A stretch of 36,692 nt of DNA from a virus (taxonomy: Duplodnaviria > Caudoviricetes). Numbering within the stretch: the stretch's first letter is position 1; each line of letters starts with the position of its first letter. Below the pieces are notes generated by a model. It was not told the DNA's origin. It was given only the letters and a program-made list of their open reading frames with translations, and did not search any database. This document shows positions 25,601 to 35,035 of this stretch, in pieces. Where the stretch lies: positions 1 through 36,692 of IMG/VR virus record IMGVR_UViG_3300036985_003812; one strand, 5' to 3'. The position numbers and the translations under genes are program-made.

Positions 25601-27774
25601 TTCTTTTTACTCCCGGCAGCTTTCTGGGCTGCAGCCTGGATGTCCTGTTGTTCCTGCAGGTGAACCATCTTCTGTAGATGTTCCTCCTCCTGGATCTGCA
25701 TCTTCTGTTTGTTGAACACGTCGGTCCACTGTATCTTCTGCAGAGCCTGTGGTGTTGCCCCCTGCTGTTTGTACTGAGCATCCACCAGTCGAGCTGCGGT
25801 CTTGGCTTTAACTTCTTCCGTCTCAGCCATCTTCTTGGAAGCCTCAACCTGTTGCATTTGAGCTTCCATCTGCATCGCCTGAGGATCAGGTTGTGGATGC
25901 CACGGGCCGAAGTATAGTTCTTCCGGACTCTTCATCTGCATCGCGGTTGCGAACCGATGGAGGAACGCATTGAACGGTTTCTCGTCCCCGGTCATCTCGG
26001 AGTATTTCAGCAACGCCGGGATGTAGAACGGAGCTACCTTCTCCATGTCGGCCATGTCTTTGTCGCGGTTCGGTCGCTGCAGATCGATCGCTTCGATCCA
26101 GACTTCCATCTCCGTACACAAGGTCTCGAACGGGATCGCCCCAACCATCGTGTCCCACGCCATTGCTCCCCAGTCACCAAGGAGTGACCGGAGTTGCGGA
26201 CCTTTGATGTACTGAGCGGCGAGCCAGAGTTCTTTGGTCCCGCTGTTCACCACGAACTTGTGGACGTCTTTGGCCATCTTGTCTGGCCGGACGTTCGCGG
26301 CAGATTGCTTCGCCTGAACATCGCTGTTCACACGGGCTTGCTTCTGACTGATACCGTAGTGGATGTCATCCAGCCCGGTCGCCATCTGGAACTGGTTGTC
26401 GAGGTATTGAATCCACTCAAGGAGGTTCCCCTGAACCTCGGGTCGCTGAACGAACCCGACGATCTCGGTGATACCCATGTTTGACGCGGAGTTGATCTTG
26501 ATCACCGCCGGGTTGTTCTCACCCTTGATCGCGGCTTCCACCTCTTCAGCGTAGGCACCGTTGACGGCGATTATGTCCCGCCGTCGGTCCCAACTCATGG
26601 TCAGGTGAGACACCAGAAGAATGTTCATTGCCAGCAGGCTACCGATGCCTGGCCCCAGCACCGCCATCGGCCAGCATGATCCCACGACCGGGTAGAAGTC
26701 CAGCATCTCAACCGGCCACTTGCGGTCCTTCCAGAGTTCGAATACAGAACCGTACCGAGATGTCCTCCACCTCAAGGCTTCCAGAATATGCTCAGGTCCG
26801 CCCTGTTGCACCAGCATCGGAGGCAGGTTCAACGGATGGGCCAGGTTCCGCGTGACAGCCAGGTAGCAGTAGTCCCCGGTCAACTGGTCAAGAGCATTAC
26901 CCATGCTGGCGTTGACGCCGGTAACACGGGCACCGATTCCTCCGATAGACCAGATCTCGTACCACTCAACCTGATCCTGGTACAGCTCGGTTCCTCTGTT
27001 GAAGGACCCGTTGTTGCTGTGACCGTACTCAGCCGAGATGTGCGTACCTTTGCCAGCCAGGTAGCCCGGTGGATATCCGAATCGACGCTCCACAACCCAG
27101 ACCGGTTCAACATGCCTGCGGGCCATCCACGTAACATCACGCAACGCCGGGTCTTTGGCATCCGGGTCCAACAGAAGATTATCCACTGGATCATAGAATG
27201 ACCCTATGGCTGGCTCACCTGTGGACCGGTTGGTGTATGTCTCCTGCCAGCTACAGCCGCGACCGGTGACAAGGGCATCCTGGATGGCAAGCTCGTTGTC
27301 AACTTTCACACCGCCGGGATGCTCCCGACCGATGTACTCCAGCACGAGTGAGCAGAGGCTATTCCGGATTTCCTTATCGCTCTTGTTCTTCTCCTGCTGC
27401 TGTTGAACCTGTTGCAGCATGTCCTCTTCTACGATGCCAAACATCTGAGCCAGACGTGTCTGGTCAGGCACGTCTGACGACTTCACTTCGCGGGACGGAC
27501 TCTCCCAATAAAGTGACGGACCGATGATGGCCACAAGCTCGAAGGCTTTGTTCAGAGACACCATGAACTGTGGTTGAGCGATGCCCGGATAGAACTCCTT
27601 CCGGAAGTCATCGTCCCACATAGCCTTGGCACTGCTGCCCAGGAACTGGCGACACAGTTTCGCCATGACAGTGAAGCGGTCCTTGCTCCGTTCTGCTGCG
27701 TTGAAACGAGCGAACCACTGGCTGACGATTGGCCCCAGCAAATACTGTTGAAGATTCTCTGCTGTTGGTTCCAC
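25597..27774 (-). CDS. Portal protein (P22-like size and layout)
   Basis: 725 aa near terL; DALVTGRG, NLLLDPDA, ATGLDD and a Gln-rich coiled-coil C-terminus. Confidence 0.85.
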   Translation of the reverse strand: MEPTAENLQQYLLGPIVSQWFARFNAAERSKDRFTVMAKLCRQFLGSSAKAMWDDDFRKEFYPGIAQPQFMVSLNKAFELVAIIGPSLYWESPSREVKSSDVPDQTRLAQMFGIVEEDMLQQVQQQQEKNKSDKEIRNSLCSLVLEYIGREHPGGVKVDNELAIQDALVTGRGCSWQETYTNRSTGEPAIGSFYDPVDNLLLDPDAKDPALRDVTWMARRHVEPVWVVERRFGYPPGYLAGKGTHISAEYGHSNNGSFNRGTELYQDQVEWYEIWSIGGIGARVTGVNASMGNALDQLTGDYCYLAVTRNLAHPLNLPPMLVQQGGPEHILEALRWRTSRYGSVFELWKDRKWPVEMLDFYPVVGSCWPMAVLGPGIGSLLAMNILLVSHLTMSWDRRRDIIAVNGAYAEEVEAAIKGENNPAVIKINSASNMGITEIVGFVQRPEVQGNLLEWIQYLDNQFQMATGLDDIHYGISQKQARVNSDVQAKQSAANVRPDKMAKDVHKFVVNSGTKELWLAAQYIKGPQLRSLLGDWGAMAWDTMVGAIPFETLCTEMEVWIEAIDLQRPNRDKDMADMEKVAPFYIPALLKYSEMTGDEKPFNAFLHRFATAMQMKSPEELYFGPWHPQPDPQAMQMEAQMQQVEASKKMAETEEVKAKTAARLVDAQYKQQGATPQALQKIQWTDVFNKQKMQIQEEEHLQKMVHLQEQQDIQAAAQKAAGSKKK

Positions 27775-27778
27775 TAAC

Positions 27779-28081
27779 CTACCCCAGTTCTAACGCTGTC
27801 CATGTACCGCGAGGGCACCAGGCACCCCGTTTGCGGTTGTGTACATTCTTCAGCCGGTCGTCCCCGATAAGGCAGACGCCCAGCTCTGTGACCAGCCTGC
27901 TGCCAACTGTTGAGTTGTAAGACAGGTTGATCATGTTGTCCTCACAAAAGCTGAGGATAGTAGCCACCGCTGGAAGGTTGTTTAACTGGGCTCCTGCGAA
28001 CCACCACACCGTGTCCCCCACGGTAACGTCTACCAACATGTTATCGATCGGGAATTTGCGTGTGAGTTCTGAGATCTTCAA
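27779..28081 (-). CDS. Small hypothetical phage protein (beta/SH3-like)
   Basis: 100 aa; TTG start with AGGAG RBS; VTVGDTVWW...PAVATI...INL. Confidence 0.65.
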   Translation of the reverse strand: MKISELTRKFPIDNMLVDVTVGDTVWWFAGAQLNNLPAVATILSFCEDNMINLSYNSTVGSRLVTELGVCLIGDDRLKNVHNRKRGAWCPRGTWTALELG

Positions 28082-28093
28082 AGGAGGCTCCTG

Positions 28094-28103
28094 TCTGGGG
28101 GAT
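28094..28103 (-). promoter_or_regulatory. TCCCCCAGAC intergenic motif, copy 2
   Basis: Lies immediately 5' of the SD (AGGAG) of the 100-aa gene. Confidence 0.45.
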
Positions 28104-29872
28104 TATTTAATTCCAAGAACAATAGGTTCCTGGGTCGAAGTTTTGTTCTTTGCGAAGATGCTCTCGATGTATTTCATGTCGGCCTCGTAGACGGCTCGAC
28201 CGGGGTCTCCCGTTGGTGCCTGTGGAGGCGGTGTCAGGAATGTTGGGTCGAATCCGGCCCAATACTCAATGCAGTCAAGACAGTCGTGGACCTGCCCTTC
28301 AGCCAGCTTGTCCTGTACGTCTTCCTTAGAAACTTTCTTGACAACTTCTTCCAGTTGCTTGATCAAGGCTGGGCACGCATGAGGTACGATTCTGAGCTGG
28401 GGTCTGCCGCAGTTTCGGCCCAGCATCCACTTTCTGAGCTTCAACGAACGGGTTATCCAGGTGGTCTCACCCCGGATAAACATATCACCTGTAAGCTGAC
28501 ACCGCAAGCCCGCTGCTCTGAACTCCTTGCTGTACTGATCGAAGATGGTCCAGGAGAACCCAGGCGGGGTCTGCAGCCCGGCCTTGCTATCCCCGATGAA
28601 CCGCATGTAATGCCTGTGTGGATCGGCTGCTTTGGTCCGCTTCGCCATCTCTCTGGCGTCGATACGAGGAATAGCCATCTCTCGGAAGATGATGTAGTAC
28701 GGCTCATCGTTATCCCAGAACGACCGGGGAGGGATCGCACACCACAGCAGAGCCGGTCGCGACGTTCCAGGGTCCAACACCAGATCCACGCACCAGTCCG
28801 AGGGTACGTTCCAGTTCAGGGATTTCATCGCGGCAGTGACTTTGTCATTGAGCGGACTACCCTCTCCATAATCCACAACGTGGTATCTCCGGCTGAACTC
28901 CGGATACGCCATGATCGTGTGAGTAACGAACTCGCCGCTGTCGCGGGCAAGCTGTTCTGATTCGTTCCAGCCCTCGATACGTTTACGCTTTTCATCAGCA
29001 TCAGTAAACGGACTTTTGGATGCTCTGAAAATGAAGTTGACTACGTCTGGTTTCTTCCTGACACCACGTTCAACTTCATCGCGTTGATCACAACATCGCC
29101 GGTACAACCGGAGTAACGCGGGAGTCTCTGCATCCGGCCAGGATGTCCAGATGATCTTCCCTTTACGGTCAGAGATACGGCTCTGCCACTCAGCGTAATA
29201 CTGGCTGAATTTTATTTCTTCGTCGATCCAGATCCTGTTGACAGGGTCACCGCGTTTAACATCGCCCGAGGAAGCGAACCCGTATACCATCGACCCATCA
29301 GTAACCTGCAGTGAAGTGAACTTGTACTCCGCTTTGTTCTCCCACGTCTCTGCTACGACCGCTGATGGTGGTATGAACGGTGGAGCAGGCTTGCGTTCGT
29401 CAACTGGAATGTCTGCATCACCAGGTATACGTCCGGGTTGCCAGGCTCGCCACATACCGGTCTGCTTGTCCCTGACCATGTCGAACGCACCGGCCCGGCA
29501 CAAGAGGCGATGCAGCGTCTGTCCGATGTGGTTCAACTGCAGACCGATCAACCATGTGATCACTGGTCGGTTGGCCCACGCTGGCTCTCGGATGTTATGA
29601 GTGGTTCCATCTGCGAACGTGATCGGTCTGTTCAACAGGTACGCTGCGATCATCGCGGCAACGATGACAGACTTACCTGATCGTGGTGCCCCCTGAACCA
29701 GGATCTCCGAAGCATCACACGTAACGATGTCTTCCTGATAGTCCGTTGGCCGGAACAGGTCCAGTGCGTTGAGCTTCTGCTTGGCAACCTTGGCAGCAGC
29801 GGCGAGCCCTTGCTGCAGGTCTCGACGCCCGACAAGGGATGCTCTTATTCGTTCACGGGTCTCTTCGTTCAT
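28103..29872 (-). CDS. terL: Terminase large subunit
   Basis: 589 aa; Q motif PTDYQ, Walker A GAPRSGKS, Walker B RIWIDEE, RNase H-like nuclease residues LVLDPG and HDCLD. Confidence 0.92.
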   Translation of the reverse strand: MNEETRERIRASLVGRRDLQQGLAAAAKVAKQKLNALDLFRPTDYQEDIVTCDASEILVQGAPRSGKSVIVAAMIAAYLLNRPITFADGTTHNIREPAWANRPVITWLIGLQLNHIGQTLHRLLCRAGAFDMVRDKQTGMWRAWQPGRIPGDADIPVDERKPAPPFIPPSAVVAETWENKAEYKFTSLQVTDGSMVYGFASSGDVKRGDPVNRIWIDEEIKFSQYYAEWQSRISDRKGKIIWTSWPDAETPALLRLYRRCCDQRDEVERGVRKKPDVVNFIFRASKSPFTDADEKRKRIEGWNESEQLARDSGEFVTHTIMAYPEFSRRYHVVDYGEGSPLNDKVTAAMKSLNWNVPSDWCVDLVLDPGTSRPALLWCAIPPRSFWDNDEPYYIIFREMAIPRIDAREMAKRTKAADPHRHYMRFIGDSKAGLQTPPGFSWTIFDQYSKEFRAAGLRCQLTGDMFIRGETTWITRSLKLRKWMLGRNCGRPQLRIVPHACPALIKQLEEVVKKVSKEDVQDKLAEGQVHDCLDCIEYWAGFDPTFLTPPPQAPTGDPGRAVYEADMKYIESIFAKNKTSTQEPIVLGIK

Positions 29873-32445
29873 TGAACACCGCCTCTGGGGTTGTATCGAG
29901 CAATAGCGTTGTACGCGGCTCCCGCAGCAACTGGTCCCACGATGCCTGGTATCCTCTGCCTGTCCAGTGGAGAACTGTTCTCTGTGATCCCGAGGATGTC
30001 CCGGAAGAACTCAGTGCCGCCGTCGCGGGTCTGAATAGGGTTGTCGTAAACGCCAGCGAACCCTCTGTTCATCTGCTGCAGTGACTGCTGCATACCGGGG
30101 CTTGAGGTGGACGCATTCTGGAAGTACGCTTCAGCACCCTGAGCAAAAGATTCTTCCGCTTCACGGCTCCATCCGCTGGAGGAACCTCCGAAGATGTCAG
30201 CCGCTTTACCGGCCTGCTCTCCACCCAGCATCCTCCGCATAACGTGAGACACCTCGTGCGGGGCTGTACTGAAGTCGGGGCTGATGGGGTTGATCAGAGA
30301 AGAACCGTCTTCCCCGAAGGTTACCATGCCTCTGTTCTTCTGAGCCAGAAGGTTTGGGTTCGCTGGGTCAAACGTGCCCCGATTGAATGTAGACTTTATC
30401 TGTGTTGGATCGAAGGCGAGATATTCTTTCAATCCGCTTTCGTGTGTAATAATAGCCCCGTCATGCCCGTCCGCTTTTATAGCACTGGTAAGCTCATCTC
30501 CAACCTTCCACCCGTACCTCTGTAATCCAGCCGGACTGGTTATCAGGGGGTTTTTAAGAGACAGATAAACCGGTTTGATGTTCGGCTTGTGAGCAGGGGT
30601 AAACCAGTCCCCCGTCCCAGCATACATTTCTGCAGACACAGGCTTATCGGAGAAATAAAACCCCTTTCCGAAATACCCTGAATCACGGCTTCCAGCTTTA
30701 CTTGCAGAGAACTCATCGAAAGCCGCCCCGGTCCCGTGAAACACTCTCAGCGGTTTCCCCGTGCCATCCACCACCTTACTCGCGTTGGCTGGATCAGCTT
30801 CCCAATCACCGAACCAGTTCTTGAACTCTGGTGTATTCGTTATCGGGTTCTCTCCCTGATACAGCGTATTACCGTTTCTCTCCAGTAACGCTGTTCGATC
30901 CAGCACATCCTGATCCCACACCGTGTAGTTACTGGTGCTGGGTATCTCCTTACCTCCAGTCAACTGCTGCAGAGGGTTGGCGTTACGGGACACCGCGTCT
31001 TTGAACTTGGCTCCGGGGATACCAATGCTCGTGAAAAACCGAGCAGTGTCGTCCGCCCCCATCGCCCTCTCAAGCACCTCAGTCAATTCCTTTCCTCTCA
31101 TGTGCCGCGATTGATTATGTAACGCGAGATCTCCGGGTTCTAGGTCTGCAATGTTTTTCAAAACCTCAGCAGCTTTTAGTGCGGGTGACCTATTATTTTT
31201 TAGAGCCCGATGTGCAATGTCGTTCTTTCCGATCTGTTCCATGAGGTCTTGGAATCTGGGTCCGTACTCCCCGTTGTCGGTCATTCTGTATTTACGGGCG
31301 AGTAGGTCCTGTCCCTGTAAACCGAGTCGCCTGTCTTCCTTTATGTAAGCCTCAAGCTCCGGGTGGGCTCCGGCCTTTTTCAATGCGTCTAGAACATGAG
31401 TCGGTTGATTTACCAAGAGGGCATCCTGGTCGAGCATTTTCTCGATATCATTATCAGGTAGATCCAGCTTGTACGTACTTCCATGTTCTTTAGCTACGTC
31501 AAGCAACCCCTCGATATCATCATACCGGTCCCCAACTTTGCTGCTGAGGGCTTCACGAATCGCTTGGTGTGGGTAGTCGAACCCCAGCCAATCGTGTTCG
31601 TCAAGACTCTTCAACAGTTTCTGTTCTGAAGGGGTGAAGTGATCAAGGTTTTCCATCACTTGGTTGATTGCGAAGGGAGCATCCCCTTCGTCATACAGGT
31701 CAAACATCTTCTCGTGAAGTTGCTTTGATGCTACGTTCCTGCGGTACAAGTCTCCCAGCTTGTCTGACTCTGCAAAGTAGATGCCCCTACCTCGGATCTG
31801 TGCCCCCTCCCCTGTTCCAATTTTATCGAGTCGAGGACGACCTTTTGGAAAACCTGGTTCTGGTTCAAACGTATGCGGGGTTCCGTGATACACGAGTTGC
31901 AGTAGACTGTCTTCTCCCAGAGACACGGGGTTCTGGATTGCATCACCAACCGACATCTTTCCGTAGACATCGTCCGGCTTCATTTTGTTCTTCAGCACGA
32001 AAGCATCCAGAGCTTTCATCGTGGGTGCTGCAGCTTCTTCACCAAACCCTTTCGCGAGTTCTGCGGCGAGCCGGGCTCTGGCCGGAGACGCAGCTACAGC
32101 ATCGATCGCGGTGTTGACACCCCTCGCCGCTTTACGCCCTTTCAAAACCTTCGACAGGGCACCAGCCGGGATCAGGTTCAACGGGTCTGCCACCACTTCC
32201 AGACCAAACCCAGCGAGATCTTTCACACCCTCCCACGGGTCGTCCAGCCAACCGGACATACCCGTCTCTTTGTTCGCACCAAAGATCGGGTTCAGCACAT
32301 CGCGACCGGAGGCCCTGTTCTCACCGGAGAACGGGGTTGCCCACTGATCAAACGGATCGCGACCGCTCAGGATGTCCCGTAACGAACTTCCCGGAAGGTC
32401 GAGCATGTTCCCGGCATAACCGAGGTAGTCAAGCAGGCTTGCCAT
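29869..32445 (-). CDS. Polyvalent protein: shared N-terminal domain + two ADP-ribosyltransferase-like domains + HExxH zincin-like domain
   Basis: VYHGTPH...IGTGEGAQ..GRGIYFAE; FKNWFGD..SKVVD..GKPLRVFHGT...GKGFYFS...VYLSLKNP...GHDG...FDPTQIKS (ART-PolyVal pattern); STAPHEVSH...EESFA. Confidence 0.8.
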   Translation of the reverse strand: MASLLDYLGYAGNMLDLPGSSLRDILSGRDPFDQWATPFSGENRASGRDVLNPIFGANKETGMSGWLDDPWEGVKDLAGFGLEVVADPLNLIPAGALSKVLKGRKAARGVNTAIDAVAASPARARLAAELAKGFGEEAAAPTMKALDAFVLKNKMKPDDVYGKMSVGDAIQNPVSLGEDSLLQLVYHGTPHTFEPEPGFPKGRPRLDKIGTGEGAQIRGRGIYFAESDKLGDLYRRNVASKQLHEKMFDLYDEGDAPFAINQVMENLDHFTPSEQKLLKSLDEHDWLGFDYPHQAIREALSSKVGDRYDDIEGLLDVAKEHGSTYKLDLPDNDIEKMLDQDALLVNQPTHVLDALKKAGAHPELEAYIKEDRRLGLQGQDLLARKYRMTDNGEYGPRFQDLMEQIGKNDIAHRALKNNRSPALKAAEVLKNIADLEPGDLALHNQSRHMRGKELTEVLERAMGADDTARFFTSIGIPGAKFKDAVSRNANPLQQLTGGKEIPSTSNYTVWDQDVLDRTALLERNGNTLYQGENPITNTPEFKNWFGDWEADPANASKVVDGTGKPLRVFHGTGAAFDEFSASKAGSRDSGYFGKGFYFSDKPVSAEMYAGTGDWFTPAHKPNIKPVYLSLKNPLITSPAGLQRYGWKVGDELTSAIKADGHDGAIITHESGLKEYLAFDPTQIKSTFNRGTFDPANPNLLAQKNRGMVTFGEDGSSLINPISPDFSTAPHEVSHVMRRMLGGEQAGKAADIFGGSSSGWSREAEESFAQGAEAYFQNASTSSPGMQQSLQQMNRGFAGVYDNPIQTRDGGTEFFRDILGITENSSPLDRQRIPGIVGPVAAGAAYNAIARYNPRGGVQ

Positions 32446-33037
32446 CTTTCAACACCTCCACCCTCGGTCCTTTGTCAACCAGATCCAGTGCTTCCATCGA
32501 CACATCCAGAATCGACTGTGGGTCCAGTTTCACAATCAGTGCCAGGAGTTGCTTCCTGAAATCAGAGTCAACCTCGATTCGCAGCAACGCCCCGGTACTC
32601 GCGATCTGCATCAGGTCCTCTTCCGAGACACCATCGAGCGGATCTCCCTGATCACCGACGAGCTTGTCCCGCTCCGTAGACAGCCGGATGATCGCCTCGT
32701 ACATCCCTTTGATAATCTTGAAGTCCGGGTCGTGGAACATCCGGGCCTCTTCCGGCAGATCCTCTCCCCTCATCCGCCGAAGGTCCTCAGCCATTCTCCG
32801 GCCAACCTCAACAGCTCCACCAAGGCCATCCATTGCCCCCTCAGAGATGTCCAGCGTGAGTGGTCGGCCCTTCTTTCGAACGTCTGCTATCGCGTCGTTG
32901 AAGCCACGCTGAGGCACCTTGGTTGCCAGGACAGCGATTGTTCCAGCTACTTTTGATTCATCTTCGCATGTCATACAAAAACCTCTGGGGGAAATGTTGA
33001 CCGGGGAGAACGGGAGGTTGCATATCCGACAGATCAT
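32429..33037 (-). CDS. Zn-finger protein, candidate terminase small subunit (202 aa; start moved to ATG 33037)
   Basis: MICRIC...CMTC (CxxC-x14-CxxC) then a helical body; longer track starts would cross a terminator hairpin and a small ORF. TerS role is inference only. Confidence 0.55.
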   Translation of the reverse strand: MICRICNLPFSPVNISPRGFCMTCEDESKVAGTIAVLATKVPQRGFNDAIADVRKKGRPLTLDISEGAMDGLGGAVEVGRRMAEDLRRMRGEDLPEEARMFHDPDFKIIKGMYEAIIRLSTERDKLVGDQGDPLDGVSEEDLMQIASTGALLRIEVDSDFRKQLLALIVKLDPQSILDVSMEALDLVDKGPRVEVLKDGKPA

Positions 33038-33053
33038 GCGTCCCGGAAATACC

Positions 33054-33089
33054 AAAGAAAAAGGCAGGCAGGGGTCGCCTGTCTGCCTT
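33054..33089 (-). terminator. Rho-independent terminator
   Basis: mRNA AAGGCAGACAGG-CGACC-CCUGCCUGCCUU then UUUCUUU (12-bp stem, one mismatch). Confidence 0.75.
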
Positions 33090-33113
33090 ATGTCGTTCTG
33101 GTTTACCATCAGC

Positions 33114-33230
33114 TCATTTCTGAGTGTTTGGCGTCTGTGTGGTCTGAATCGGATTTCCCGGACGAACGTTTTGTACCTTCGTTGAGGAATGAATACCAGC
33201 GGGAGGCTGGCACTTAGCATCTTCTGCCAT
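33114..33230 (-). CDS. Small ORF (38 aa); absent from the ORF track
   Basis: MAEDAKCQPPAGIHSSTKVQNVRPGNPIQTTQTPNTQK; SD-like GAAGGTGA upstream; followed by the terminator. Confidence 0.55.
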   Translation of the reverse strand: MAEDAKCQPPAGIHSSTKVQNVRPGNPIQTTQTPNTQK

Positions 33231-33270
33231 AAGGGTCGATCACCTTCTTTCTATCAATCGAGGAGAACGA

Positions 33271-33804
33271 TTACGGCTTGACAGCCGCAAACGGCGAGCG
33301 GAAGTAGATTCGAGATCGAGCAGCAGCAGCCGCCGCAGTCACTGCCTTACCGACGTGACCAATTGGGTTGGTGCCTGCGGTGCCGTCGGTGAACAACCCG
33401 TTTGCGGCTGTCTGGACTTCGGCGTTGGCTGTGATCGCACCAGCAGATGCTTTCACATCACATGGTCCCTGAATGATCAACCAGAAGTATGCCTGGTCAG
33501 CCACGGTGATACCGGCACCGAGAGCTGGGTCAACGATTCCGTCGCAGATCGCGTTCGCCCCTGACAAGGCACCAACCCGCTTACCGATGTAAGCTGACTT
33601 GAAGGTGACCCCGAGACCGGACAGCAATGTGCCACCTGAGTCATTCATCACCAGGAGGGCGTAAACCGGAGTACCGGAGTTGATCGTTGGGGCACCCGGA
33701 TAGGTCGTGAGATCCTGGTCCTGGAACACACCGATCTGCCCCAGCATGTTCAGGTCGGATACGACACCGGTTGTCCCGAGCCGCATTTGGTTTGTAATCG
33801 TCAT
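33271..33804 (-). CDS. Capsid cement/decoration protein
   Basis: 177 aa from ATG 33804; Ala/Gly/Thr-rich, GIVD...YFWLIIQGP; directly after the major capsid gene. Confidence 0.65.
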   Translation of the reverse strand: MTITNQMRLGTTGVVSDLNMLGQIGVFQDQDLTTYPGAPTINSGTPVYALLVMNDSGGTLLSGLGVTFKSAYIGKRVGALSGANAICDGIVDPALGAGITVADQAYFWLIIQGPCDVKASAGAITANAEVQTAANGLFTDGTAGTNPIGHVGKAVTAAAAAARSRIYFRSPFAAVKP

Positions 33805-33830
33805 GGTATACCCCATCAAGGAATTTGATC

Positions 33831-33859
33831 AGAAAGAATCCGGGGCTGGGAAGCCCCGG
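33831..33859 (-). terminator. Hairpin after the major capsid gene (weak terminator or stability element)
   Basis: CCGGGGCT-TCCC-AGCCCCGG followed by ATTCTTTCT on the minus strand. Confidence 0.65.
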
Positions 33860-33878
33860 TCAAATCGGCGTCGTCAGA

Positions 33879-35021
33879 TCATGTCTTGCTGATGAATCGA
33901 CACAGATATTTCGGAAGGAACTTGAAGTTGCCGTAGGTGCTGATGTAGTACAGGAACCCGACGTGCGGAACACTGTAGTCAGGACCCTTGACACCGTAGA
34001 TGTCGCTGTGGAGGAAGAATGCTTCCACGTACTGTGGGAGGTACATATAGGCTTCACCACTTGGGATGGCGTAGTCCATTGAGTAGACGGAACCGTCTAC
34101 CATCATGGTGTCGCCTGGGTAGCCAAGGTCACCGTCGCGGAACGGCATGATCTGGCGGTTGTTTTCCCGGAAGCTCTCTTTGAGTTCTGGGAACATTTCA
34201 GAGGCCATGACGATCTGAGGCATGGCCCCAACCATCGACTGACCACCTCGATGCAGCATCGCTGACTGAGCATAGCTGGCCGCTTGTACTGCGTTCGTGC
34301 CCCAGTCAGTGGCTCCGGTGCCCCATGACGTTGAGGCGTAGTTGACGATCAGTGGCGTCGTCCCGTCGTACTCGCTGGAACCCTGACCGAAAGGCCAGTC
34401 CTTGTCCAGTGAAGCGTTCGGGGACACAGCCTGATCGCCGGTCCACGTTCCACCGAGGTTACCGAGAACACAGGACTGACCTGCGTATGTCCCGTCAGGC
34501 AGAGCCACCTTGTCAGCGGCAACCACTGTACCTGAGGCATAAGACAGGGGTGTCTTGATGCCGGTGAAGTCGTTCGTGTTCGCAGCGACAGCCCCGTCTT
34601 TGTAGAACGCATGACACAGGCGTTCCTGTGTCGCCTGAGCAAGTTCCTTGCTCTTGCGGGTGTAACGATCGGAGATCTGCTCAGGGGCTCCCTGAGCCTG
34701 CAGATACTCCTGTTCCGGAAGGAAGTCAGAGCCACGGTAACCTTTGAGACCCAGGTAATACTGGATGTCAGTATCCCAGTTCACGAACTCGATCGGTTGG
34801 TTGTCAACCGCTGGCAGAATCGTCGGCTGCTTGATTCGGGCGTTCCACACCTGAGAGTGACCACGGGCGTTGAAAGTGAGTGAGCCCCACTTACGCAGGT
34901 TGTAGAAGGTCAGGAAGTTTCGGATCGTCATGTCCGAAACACCTTTCCAGAACGTAGGTGCCAGGTCACGCACGCTGTTGATGTGACCGGACACTGAAGG
35001 TGGAACTAAAGAATGAGCCAT
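33879..35021 (-). CDS. Major capsid protein
   Basis: 380 aa after a scaffold-like gene; GGAG RBS; downstream hairpin; F.GIK, LGY and C-terminal TYGN patterns as in HK97-fold capsids. Confidence 0.8.
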   Translation of the reverse strand: MAHSLVPPSVSGHINSVRDLAPTFWKGVSDMTIRNFLTFYNLRKWGSLTFNARGHSQVWNARIKQPTILPAVDNQPIEFVNWDTDIQYYLGLKGYRGSDFLPEQEYLQAQGAPEQISDRYTRKSKELAQATQERLCHAFYKDGAVAANTNDFTGIKTPLSYASGTVVAADKVALPDGTYAGQSCVLGNLGGTWTGDQAVSPNASLDKDWPFGQGSSEYDGTTPLIVNYASTSWGTGATDWGTNAVQAASYAQSAMLHRGGQSMVGAMPQIVMASEMFPELKESFRENNRQIMPFRDGDLGYPGDTMMVDGSVYSMDYAIPSGEAYMYLPQYVEAFFLHSDIYGVKGPDYSVPHVGFLYYISTYGNFKFLPKYLCRFISKT

Positions 35022-35035
35022 GATCTACTCCGCTT

